The position numbers and the translations under genes were made by a program. From Octopus vulgaris (taxonomy: Eukaryota), in the NCBI GenBank assembly GCA_951406725.2, contig OX597838.1, forward strand, positions 4,278,001 to 4,342,000: a stretch of DNA of 64,000 nt, read 5' to 3'. Positions 52,851 through 64,000 of the stretch are shown piece after piece; position 1 is the first letter of the stretch, and every line of letters starts with the position of its first letter. A model generated the notes under the pieces. The model ran no database searches. It saw only the letters and a program-made list of their open reading frames with translations, and was not told the DNA's origin.

Positions 52851-55800
52851 TGTATGTGTGTGTATTTGATAAATGTATATAAATGATATTGTGTTTATGT
52901 ATGTATATTATATGAGTGTCCGTGTGCTGTGTGTGTGTTGAGCCGTTTTATTCAAGTATGGTGAGCGGCATGTGATGATATTTCTCGTGTTGTGTAATTT
53001 ACAAAGTACAAGAGTGTTTGTGGTCACCCACCTATCGAGTTGTGGGTGGTGATGGTCAGCTGGATTGGTGCCCGGTGCACGTTGAAGCCAGCGACCACTT
53101 ACACATACAAAACTAGGCAATTAGTACTCAAGACATATACGCAAGCACACACAGAGAAACTCGTGCAAGTGACACTCTCTTACGGATACACACGCAAACA
53201 CACGTAGAGGATAGACTCTTATATATAAATCTGAGAGAGACAATCACTTGCATAAACATACACAAACCTAGACAAGTGACATATAACCACCCATACATAG
53301 AAGCACACACGTTCTTCTCTGTCTCTGAGACGTACACGAGTGACTTAAACATAGAAACGTACATGCTTTCCTCTCTCTGTCTCTCTTTCTTCGTCTCTCT
53401 TTCACACGAACGTATACACACACTCCACATCCATGTGGTAAACCACTTTTCTCCGACCGTCTGTCTCTCTTACAACCGTACACACACATTCAGGAAAGCG
53501 ATATTCTTTCCACACACGGACATTATTTGAGTGACCCTTACTTTAACACACAATCCACTTCTACTCTTATTCTCTGTTCTACACGCCTATACGCAAATGA
53601 CTCTTATACTTAAACGATTTTCTTATACTAAAGGAAACGTATACAAACTATCACCCCCACTCTTTATTTCGCCTTACCCCCTTTCTATCTCTTTCAGGCA
53701 CATGCCGGGGACCGTCTCCTCCCAGATACACCCACGCAATCTTTCACTCTGTCACACAGACACACGTTAGTGACCCTCTCTTAGACACAGAAAAACTCAC
53801 AACCTTTCTTACATACACATGTAATCCTGCTGTACAGATCTGGTTAAATTTCTGCCAACCAATAATTTTCACCAGATCAATTTTTTTAAAGATGCAATAA
53901 AAATGTACTTTTGAATGTTATTAATAATAAACAAGTTACAATATCCGTCATCACCATGCAAAAAACCCCCCAAAAAACTACTATATATAAACTAGATTTA
54001 AAAAGAAATATTCTGGTGAAGATTTCACGTGGCTCGAAGTAATTTAGTAAGAGCTATAGAAGCATGATTACTTTTTTTTATACAGGGAAACATACATTTG
54101 ATTACTTCTCATTTTGTATAGAGATGCGAATGTTTCTTACACAGAAAAATATACAAATTACCATTCATTTCTCACACAAGGTCACACATAAGCATCCCTT
54201 CCTAAACACCCCCCACCCTGAGCCAACGCAGGAGTTTACCTGTCAGTTCAAATTGCTAGAAATAGTAACCAAATCTCCTTGAGATCACGTCCTAGCGTCT
54301 TAAAAGGAGGAGAACCAGTTGGGTAATGTAGTCCTAGGTATACAAAAAGATCGGATGGTCATGGCTGGAATGCCTTTGATTATGAGTAGCTCGATCAGGG
54401 ATGACTTAAGTGCAAACGACAGCATCAGGAACACACACACATATTTACATACATATATACTTACATGCATGCATACACACATTATACATATACACATACA
54501 TACCAATATACATGCATGTACGCACCTGTTTGCATGCACGTAAGTACACATACAGGTGACTTTCTCTCACTCACACGTGCACACGCATGCATTTACAACT
54601 TTATCAAAAATGAATCCTGAGAACTTAGGGTACGCTAAAGTCAAAGAAGCTGAGGTTGGGAAGACGCTATAAGCCAACATCACTCGCTCCATGAGCTTGA
54701 AACGGCAAAGCCATCTCTGTACACAACCCGTCTTCATTTTCATCACTGCTCCTTATACATAGACGTTTACAGGTGATGTGCTTTCTATCGGTTCCTCTTT
54801 TTCCCTCTCTCTCTCTCTGTCTCAGGTACGAACACACACAGGTGACTCACAAACGTGTTCACAGGTGAGTCTGTCTCTCTCTCTCCGTCTGTTTTCCACA
54901 CGCTGATGACTACAAAGATGGTCACAAGTGAGTCTTTCTCTCACAGCCGTACGCAGGTGATTCGCTCACACACACACACACACACACGTACAAATGACTC
55001 ATACATGCTCGTATATAACTAATTATTTCAAACACATTTACGCGCGCGCGATTCTTGCAGACGACGTTGTAGACACACACACACAAACACACACACACAC
55101 ACGCATGCTTACAAACGCACATACGATCACACACACAAACACACACACACACAAACATACTAACACACACATACAAACAAAAATCACAAACATAAACGCA
55201 CACATACACACAAATATAGAGGACTTACCGGAAAACGAGCTTCACCCAGAAGCGAACCCACGCCCTCACTGGCTGATTCTGTACTCCAATTATACTAGAA
55301 ACTATCTTCTTTCTTGTTTTACCTCCTGTTTTCTCGTTTGCTCTTTTATTATTATTATTGTATTTTTTTCTCACAATCCTCGAAAAATATTTAAGAAAAA
55401 TTAAATTCCTCTTCGTGGTTTTCAAAGATATTCTTTTGAATAAAAAAACAACAACATCGGTTAAAAACTGTAATAAAGTTTTCTCAACTTTGCTTTTTGT
55501 TTGATTAAAACATAATGAACTGAATTAGTTGTGTGAGATGACACGAATTATTTCGAATTCTTTTCTTGCTCTGCTGTGGCTGGCGCCTGAAATACGTTTA
55601 ATTAATTTTGTGAAACGTCACTTCACACCACACAAGAACGAATCATAACAACATAGATGTGTGTCTATATCCGTGTGTGTACGAATGCGTATACATACAC
55701 ATATGTAAACGCATAAAGTCATCTAACAATTCATAGGTCAGAAAAAACTGGCACGCGTATATTTGTCAGATAGAATGAGTATATAAATCGAAGTAATATA

Positions 55801-56145
55801 GATCTATTTTAGCAGTCGATCATAGCAATCGGTGGTGTGCATGATGTTTGGGTATCTGTGCAGAAGAGCATTTGTATTTTTAGATAGCCGTCATCTTATC
55901 TCAGATCCGGTTACCTAACAGCCGGTACGAAACCAACTGGTGTGATCGGTTGAAATGAATATATATTCTTTTATTCTTTTACTTGTTTCAGTCATTTGAC
56001 TGCGGCCGTGCTGGAGCACCGCCTTTAAGTCGAACAAATCGACCCCCAAGACTTATTCAAAGTTTCGGGCACATAAACACACCAACATCGGTTGTCAAGC
56101 GATGGCAGGGGGACAAACATAGAGACACACACATAAATATATACA

Positions 56146-56176
<31 letters not shown>

Positions 56177-56990
56177 GACGGGCTTCTTTCAGTTTCCGTC
56201 AGCCAAATCCATTCACAAGGCTTTCGTCGGCGTGAGGCTATAGTAGAAGACACTTGCCCAAGGTGCCACGCAGTGGGACTGAACCAGGAACCATGTCGTT
56301 GGGAAGCAAGCTTCTTATCACACAGCTACGCCTTCGCCTCCACACAGCCACATTCTGAATTCAAATTCTCCCGAGGTCGACCTTGTCTTTCATCCTTTCG
56401 GGGTACGATAAAACAAGCCCCATTTAAACACTCAGTTCGATACAATCGACTTACCCTCTCCTCAAAAACAAAGAAACGAGACATGCAACATAAAGAATAT
56501 TCCCCTTCATCAGTTGTCCTTGTTTCATCTATTCCGCGTTCCGAAGGCAAGGGCAATACGCGACCTCGTTGAAACAGTCCTTCCCGCAAAGTAAATTATA
56601 TAAAATTTGCGATTTTTTACAGAAGTTGAAAGTGGTAACAAGACAGTAAAGACAAACGGTGAGGGCTGTTAAGCCAAGACGATATACACGACGGGTTTCT
56701 TTCAGTTTCCGTTTAACAAATCTACTCACAAGGTTTTGGCCGGCTCAAGGTTATAGTAGAAAACACTTTCCGAAAGCGCCACGCAGTGGGACTGAACCAG
56801 GAACCATGTTGTTGGGAAGCAAGCTTCTTACCACAAAGTCACTATGTACCCACATTCACACACGCACCTACATTTTTACAATTCACTTTTATTTACGTAA
56901 GCGGATTACTTAACTTTGAACTGTAATTAATCTTTGATACCAGCGCTCACTCACTCTCTCACTCACTCATTCACTCACTCACTCTCTCTC

Positions 56991-57031
<41 letters not shown>

Positions 57032-57670
57032 TACACACCCGTATACACACGCATATTGCGTATCTATTGTTCTTGCGACGAGCGATCGACTGTTAGTTCT
57101 AGTTTGTAAACTACGAATACAACGGATCGTTACAAATGGATCTCCGTCGTTAGTCTACGAGGATTCGGACGTTCGATCAATCGAAGAACCTGCCCCTGAA
57201 TTAATGTGTAAGTGGCTGAGTACTCCACAGACATGTTGTACCCTTTAAAGCGGTGGCTCCCAAAGTGGGTGGTACTGCCCCCTTGGTGGCAACGAAAAGA
57301 TCCAGGCGGTGAAGAAAATTGGGGGCGATAATGAGGTGACCAAAAGGGGGCGATATATGTAAAAATACCCCACAATAATGGTTTAACGAGATTAAGTTGT
57401 TTTTTGTGAAATACATTTGTTTAGAATTTGCTGCAGGATCGAGAAAATGACATTTGTCCAAGAAGCCACGCAGTCGGATTGAACTCAGCACGTCATGATT
57501 GCGAAGCGGACTTCTTAACCACTCGGCCATCAGCCGTCAACAAGTGTCACACAATGAATAAAAAAAGCGCAGACGTGGCTGTGGGGTAAGAAGTTTGCTT
57601 CCTCACTATATGTTTCCAGGTTCAATCCCACTGCGTGGAACCTTGGGCGAATATCTTCTATCATAGCCTC

Positions 57671-57695
57671 GGGTTAGGATTAGGGTTAGGGTTAG
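57671..57695 (+). repeat. Short interstitial telomeric repeat (TTAGGG-type) inside a SINE
   Basis: GGGTTAGGATTAGGGTTAGGGTTAG. Confidence 0.75.
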
Positions 57696-57737
57696 TCTTG
57701 TGAGTGGATTTGGTGAACGGAAACTGAAAGAAGCCCG

Positions 57738-57820
<83 letters not shown>

Positions 57821-57999
57821 CTCGAAATACGAGAGTAGAAAACCAGCCAACAACTGATGAAGGGTCGTTCTTTATGTTGTTTCTCTTGTTTCCCATTTGT
57901 GTCCTTCGTAGTTCGAAAGAATAGTTCATATTCCATGTACTCGTACTTCGTATTTTTTTTTGTTGTACACGTTTCGTGACGTCCAGTACCCACATATGC

Positions 58000-58030
<31 letters not shown>

Positions 58031-58058
58031 GATGTATGTACATATACGTATGTATATA

Positions 58059-58107
<49 letters not shown>

Positions 58108-58209
58108 CAACAATTGAGGGTAAAATTAATTAGTTATTAATCAATTTCACCAAGTATTCAGTGTGTAAAGGGACCATTTTAGGCGAATTCAAAATATTAC
58201 ATTAATATA

Positions 58210-58285
58210 AAAGGGCTTAGTAAAATAAGTTACTTTGCCACATACTGAACTCAGTATGTGGCAAAGTAACTTATTTTACTAAGCC

Positions 58286-58289
<4 letters not shown>
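58210..58289. repeat. Perfect 39-bp inverted repeat with 2-nt loop
   Basis: AAAGGGCTTAGTAAAATAAGTTACTTTGCCACATACTGA-AC-TCAGTATGTGGCAAAGTAACTTATTTTACTAAGCCCTTT. Confidence 0.97.
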
Positions 58290-58345
<56 letters not shown>

Positions 58346-58731
58346 ATTATATATGTGTGTGTGTTCATACAGTATGTGTGTGTGCGTGGGTGTATGTGTT
58401 AGTCCCTCACTACCGCATGACAACCAGTGTTGGTGTGTTTACGTTCGCATAACTTAGCGGTTTGACAAAATATACCGATAGAATAAGTACCAGGCTTTAT
58501 AAAAAAAATCATATGTACTGAGTTTGATAAGTTCCTCTAAAATTCTTCAAGGCGGCGCCCCAGCATGGCCGCAGTCTAATGACTGAAACAAAAGACAAAA
58601 ACAGGTGCCCCCTTGCGCTCTCCCTATCCGCATCCCACCGCTTAGTTTCAGGGTTTCACCCGGAAATCCTTCGATTTTACTGTTGTTGTTAAATTGACTA
58701 ACGTGCGATGCGTTTGGCAGCTGTAGAGATG

Positions 58732-58790
58732 TCCGTGATCGTCTAGTGGTCAGGACCCCCTCCACCGTTGTGGCCGTGGGAACCCAGGCT
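58732..58790 (+). pseudogene. Truncated, degenerate tRNA-His pseudogene
   Basis: TCCGTGATCGTCTAGTGGTCAGGACCCCCTCCACCGTTGTGGCCGTGGGAACCCAGG; insertions in the anticodon arm; lacks T-loop and 3' stem. Confidence 0.85.
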
Positions 58791-58914
58791 CACAAATGGA
58801 TTAGCCTGGGGCCTCTATAGTACTCGAAATTCCATTTAAAAGGGGACCGAACTTTCAAGGACATACTAAAGTTGTGAAATATTTGAAAAAAAAAAAAAAA
58901 GGGAAGAGCTGGAC

Positions 58915-58986
58915 TGCCGTGACCAGGATTCGAACCTGGGTTACCACGGCCACAACGTGGGGTCCTAACCACTAGACGATCACGGC
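58915..58986 (-). tRNA. tRNA-His (GUG), copy 1
   Basis: 72 nt GCCGTGATCGTCTAGTGGTTAGGACCCCACGTTGTGGCCGTGGTAACCCAGGTTCGAATCCTGGTCACGGCA; A and B boxes; long T-run about 15 nt downstream. Confidence 0.97.
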
Positions 58987-59523
58987 TAATTCTCCATCTG
59001 TCAGAGACGTACCAGATTTGTCAGCTTCAATCGGATCTGTTTTATGACCGACATATGATATCGTTGAGTGGAGAAACCTGATCAAATGCAGCCATCTTGT
59101 AAAGCCAGATATTGGCGATGACGATGATGATAAGGATGATAACGACGACGGCGATGACTACGCCGACGACGACGATGACAACGACGAAGTTCGCTTCCTA
59201 AGAACGTATTCCCAAGTTCGAATTCAGCGCGTGGCGGTTAGGACATGTGTTTTCCAATTTAGTCTCGGTTAGACCAGTTCGTTGTCAATGAAATATGGTG
59301 GACGGAAATCGTGCGAATGCAATGTCAAATTGTCTGTAAGCTTCGACGAATGAAGCCTTCTGCCTTTGAATCTAGTGGGGCTTCTAACCAAGATAGACCT
59401 TTTGAGGTGGGGAAAGTTCACAAATGGAATTGCCAAGGGTCGCTATTGTAAAAAGGAATACACTCAAAAGGAGAACTACACTTTCGAGGAAATACTAAAA
59501 GGAAAATAAAAGTAATGGTGGAC

Positions 59524-59595
59524 TGCCGTGACCAGGATTCGAACCTGGGTTACCACGGCCACAACGTGGGGTCCTAACCACTAGACGATCACGGC
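59524..59595 (-). tRNA. tRNA-His (GUG), copy 2
   Basis: Identical to copy 1; TTTT downstream. Confidence 0.97.
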
Positions 59596-60580
59596 TACTT
59601 GTCCACCTGCCAGAATGCCTTCAAATTTGCCAACTTCAATCATGTCTGATATCATAATCATGTTATAGTGAAGTGGAGAAACCAGCTCGTTTTTTGAAAA
59701 CGACAGCTGTTAATATAATCAAGATGACGGCGACGATAACGATGTTGATGAAGACGACTTAATGATGATGATGATAATAATGTTGATGATAATGGCGATA
59801 ATGATGTTGATGATGACTATGATGATAATTTCTTTTAGTGTTTCTATTACCCTGTTAGTAAACAAAACACTAATCGCTCCATGTTTTGATGCTAAACCGA
59901 TGGATTAATATATTATAAAACAGGGATCTTTGTGGTTATCGCGACTGTCTACAATTTTGTTCCAATTGTTTTCAAATTTGGGATATGGATTAAGTTTTGT
60001 ATACTAATTATGAAAATGAAATTCACTTTCCCCATAAATTCATAATTAAAAAGTTTGCAAAATTTGGCTATTTTAGCCAATCAGAAGCGAGTATTTTACA
60101 CATCACCGCGAAATTCTGTTAGCATAGTAAGCAAAGAAGCACCACGAGTTCCAGAGCTGATTGCGAAGAATTCTGTTTCCATAACCATAGATGTTGCGCA
60201 TGCGCACAAGGAGTGTAGCCACCACGTGCTTTATAATTGCTTGTTTCGTAACAGTACGAATTCGGTTCTAGAACGTTTTCCCCTGTTTACTGTGACATGC
60301 CGCTGCTCCCCACCCTTTCTCGTTACTGTTTTCTGACTGGCTGAAAATTCTGGAAATTATCAAAATTTGAAAACTTGTAACAGTTAGGCAAAATTTTTCT
60401 TAAATAAATAAATAACGATTTCGAATTCAGTGTCAAAAATTACATCTATATGACACATTAAATTTCGAAGAATAAAAAGTTTTGAATGGTACAACAATGC
60501 CCTGTAATACAAACAATGGGCTTATATACCTGTTGTAATTTCTGTTGTAATTTACAACAGGCTTATATACCTGTTGTAAA

Positions 60581-60796
60581 GGCGGCGAGCTGGCAGAAAA
60601 GTTAGCACGCCGGGCGAAATGCGTAGCCGTATTTCGTCTGCCGTTACGTTGTGAGTTCAAATTCCGCCGAGGTCGACTTTGCCTTTCATCCTTTTGGGGT
60701 CGATAAATTAAGTACCAGTTACGCATTGGTACTTAATCCGTTTGTCTGTCCTTGTTTGTCCCCTCTGTGTTTAGCCCCTTGTGGGTAGTAAAGAAA
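60581..60796 (+). mobile_element. SINE family B (Nin/Deu-domain-like GCCTTTCATCC..GGGGTCGATAAA..AGTACC) with 16-bp TSD
   Basis: TSD TATATACCTGTTGTAA at 60564-60579 and 60799-60814; other copies ~7657-7870, 14505-14718, 15426-15655, 28695-29115, 30590-30812, 35161-35375. Confidence 0.9.
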
Positions 60797-61787
60797 TATA
60801 TATACCTGTTGTAATTTAGCCATCCATAGTCTGATAATATTTCGGAATAAAATTCCTTCTTCAGATATTCTTAGATGGAGTCGCTACAATAATCGGTTTT
60901 TCGACATGCAGTGACGAAAACCACAAATATTCTAAAGCAAGAAAAATGTTTTGTTTTATGCGTTTGAAGCCAGTATTCTTTTCTTACATTATGCAGGCGA
61001 CAACAAGCTTTTAGAGGTACTCTCACATTGCCTTATGATTCCAAGTTCAATTTTTCTGCGTGGTATATTTTGCAGAAGTCTTGATAAGTGAATTTCGGTG
61101 GACAGAAAGTGGGTGCTTCTTCATAATGAATTCGCATCGCATGTCATTTCCACCTGTTCTCCCCTTGACCCTATTAACATAATTAAATATAGACAATCTC
61201 TTTCGACTACACACATACGTTAAGTATGTTATATAGAATAAAGTTTTACCTCGGATCTGCATCTATTGCATAGTTCGAATTTTATTCTGCTTATTCATCT
61301 CCTTCGCAAACCAGTGTATTGTTTATAGACTATCTCTGTATATTTCAGACTTGCTGATTCGAGTATGAGACACTGACATGCCGCAACAACGGTGAAATAC
61401 TTATTTGCCGTTCACGCGATCACCTCTGGGGCCAAGAGTTTCGGCAACAATGGAGTTGCCAAGGGTCGTTATAGTAAAAGGAATATAATCAAAAGGCCAC
61501 CTTTGCCAATTACATTTGTGAGCCTTCCCCAACCAAAAGCTCTATGACATTCTCAGAAATATTACCCTCCTTGGCCGGAGCCCTGCTAGGTTTTGAGACG
61601 AAAGGCTTCAGTTTTTAAATCCTATGGAAATATCTGGCATTCCATCCCCACGATTTCTTTCAACCATATTTCACTGGCAGCACATTGGTCAACCAGGGAG
61701 TAATTCAAGAAACATCTGTCCCAGCTGCCGTACACTGGACTCGAACTTTGGAATACGTTATTATGAAGCAAACTCCGTCATTGTTGC

Positions 61788-61822
<35 letters not shown>

Positions 61823-61956
61823 ACATGCTAACATCTATTCTTCCATGTTGATACAGATTGATCAGATTTGCTCACTTAATGACATCGCGTGTCTTTAATA
61901 AAAAAAGAGATATGTAATTGATGTTGTTGCCGTAGTTTTTACCAGTTGGACAAGTG

Positions 61957-62028
61957 GCCGTGATCGTCTAGTGGTGAGGACCCCACGTTGTGGCCGTGGT
62001 AACCCAGGTTCGAATCCTGGTCACGGCA
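61957..62028 (+). tRNA. tRNA-His (GUG), copy 3 (D-loop variant GGTGAGG)
   Basis: One T>G change in the D-loop versus the other copies; T7 run downstream. Confidence 0.93.
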
Positions 62029-63410
62029 GTCCAGCTCATCTTTCCTCTCTCTTCCCTTTCTTTTTTTCAAATATTTCACAACCTTAGTATGTTCTTGAAA
62101 GTTCGGTCCCCTTTTAAATGGTATTTCGAGTACTATAGAGGCCCCAGGCTAATCCATTTGTGAGCCTTCCTCACCCCCCAAAAATCTATGACGTTGTCAA
62201 AAATGGTATACATCTTGGCCGGGGTACTGCTAGATTTTGAGGTAGAAGTCTTCAGAGACATCTGGTATTGTATCTGCACTATTTCCGTCAACTACAGTTC
62301 ACTGACAATACATTGGCGAATCCGAGACTAAATCCGAAAACACCTGTCGCAGCTGCCGCACCCTGGAGTCGAACTCGGGAACACATATATGTGAAACGAA
62401 CGTCGTCCTTGTCATCGTCGTCACCATTTTTCATCATACTAACATCTATTCTTGCAGGATGACACACGTTGACCAAATTTGTTCACTTAACGATATCACA
62501 TGGCTTCAAGATGCGGCTGAAATTGACTAATGATCTCATGTGGTTGGTAAGCAAGCAACTTACCACACAGCCACTCCTGCGCCTACGTCGAAAAGAAAAG
62601 ATTAAAAAAAAACTGATGGTTTGTTTGGTGGGAGGACGGGCGGAAGTGTTGCCTTTAATCCCCCCAGGGCTTGACCGAAGAGGAAAGTACTTGTCTTCAG
62701 TCCTCAAAACCTCATCCATCACATAACCTTTTTTGTCCTCTTTGACCAGTCCACTAAGTGGGCCTAATCTAAGCTGGCGCCTGTAAGCTGAGGAGTACGT
62801 AACGTGAGGTTTGAGAACTATACATAGTGGCTACTTTGTACATGAATGTTTTGCCGTCGTCCAAGGTTTGTTACGCCTCAGGACAGAAGTGACCAGTTTG
62901 GTTAACCACACACTGACACACACACACTGACACACACACACACACGCCCATGAATATTTGTGAAAAATTAGAAAATTCCGTTAAAAAATACTAATCTTTC
63001 TGAAAGTTATGAGGTAAGGAAGTCGACGGGGCACAATTGTGTAATTATGCCAAAATACAACTGATTTCGCTGTGTCTCTTGTTTTACTTTTGCGCGTTTT
63101 TCATGACGTCACTTTCACTTTTGTTGGAAACTGCTTAAAAAAAAATTTCATTTTTGTCGAAGCGACTTCTATATATAAAAATCAAATTTATATTTATTTC
63201 TGTTGGATTTTGAGTCAGGCAACAGACAATTAATCGATGAATTTCTTGAAGGACAAATTGCAGGAAGGTTAGCAACATAAGTAACAAGAATACAAAAAAA
63301 AAAGGAAAAAAAAAAGAAAAGGAATAAACTGCATCTCACTGAATCTAATTGTCAGAATAGATTAGATTGAATTTCTACAATATGACAAGTATTAGCTAGT
63401 TGGGTAGTTG

Positions 63411-63482
63411 GCCGTGATCGTCTAGTGGTTAGGACCCCACGTTGTGGCCGTGGTAACCCAGGTTCGAATCCTGGTCACGGCA
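63411..63482 (+). tRNA. tRNA-His (GUG), copy 4
   Basis: Identical to copies 1 and 2; TTTTACTTTT terminator downstream. Confidence 0.97.
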
Positions 63483-63602
63483 GCCCGACTTTTACTTTTC
63501 GGGATTTTTTTAATTTTATCACTTTAATAAGGGACCCCCTGAGGGTCCTTAGAGGGTTTGCTCGCAATATATTTCAGTCTCCAATTAATTCCGAAAGAAT
63601 TA

Positions 63603-64000
63603 CCTATTTCTTTATTATCCACAAGGGGCACACAGAGAGGACAAACAAGGACAGACGAGCGGATTAAGTCGATTATATCGACCCCAGTGCGTAACTGGTA
63701 CTTAATTTATCGACCCCGAAATGATAAAAGGCAAAATCGACCTCGGCGGAATTTGAACTCAGGACGTAGCGGAAGACGAAATACCTATTTCTTTATTACC
63801 CACAAGGGGCTAAACACAGAGGGGACAAACAAGGACAGATATAGGTATTAAGTCGATTACATCGACCCCAGTGCGTAACTGGTACTTAATTTATCGACCC
63901 CGAAAGGATGAAAGGCAAAGTCGACCTCGGCGGAATTTGAACTCAGAACGTGGCGGAATTTGAACTCAGAACGTAGCGGAAGACGAAATACCGCTACGCA
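63603..64000 (-). mobile_element. Tandem dimer of SINE family B with internal 22-bp duplication; runs off the window
   Basis: Two consecutive CCTATTTCTTTATTA.CCACAAGGGG...GAACTCAG units; GCGGAATTTGAACTCAGAACGT duplicated near 63930-63973. Confidence 0.85.

Noticed and set aside
57821-57995. CTGATGAAGGG with nearby CGAAA (related copy on minus strand at ~56480-56560) as hammerheads
   Set aside because: Could not build stems I-III in any topology; likely a repeat family but ribozyme status unsupported
58790-58972. ORF MVRTPRCGRGNPGSNPGHG (also 63425-63667)
   Set aside because: Translation through tRNA-His genes

Overview
Eukaryotic, AT-rich, microsatellite- and SINE-dense genomic DNA. The repeat families look like an octopus (coleoid cephalopod) genome; this is an inference. 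Almost all listed ORFs are repeat artefacts. One protein-coding gene is readable on the minus strand: a KIAA0930/C22orf9 homolog. Nine exons join in frame with GT-AG sites from the ATG at 52201 down to 5168. Its terminal exon is unresolved, and there are candidate phase-1 cassette exons at 18364-18438 and 17263-17316. The right end holds a tRNA-His(GUG) cluster of four intact copies and one truncated copy, built from an old ~0.6 kb unit in two divergent arms. Transposon relics include two mariner elements (one a foldback), Merlin, an RTE-like LINE piece, a Helentron-type HINE, TTAA MITEs and several SINE families. The most notable hidden signal is a set of unrelated short non-coding elements inserted in or next to (TA)n/(AAT)n tracts or SINEs. 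They carry minimal type-I hammerhead ribozymes and often inverted termini, as in Penelope-like elements or retrozymes. One has a tRNA-derived Pol III head, and one clean hammerhead is sense to the gene's intron and has its own anti-core sequence.
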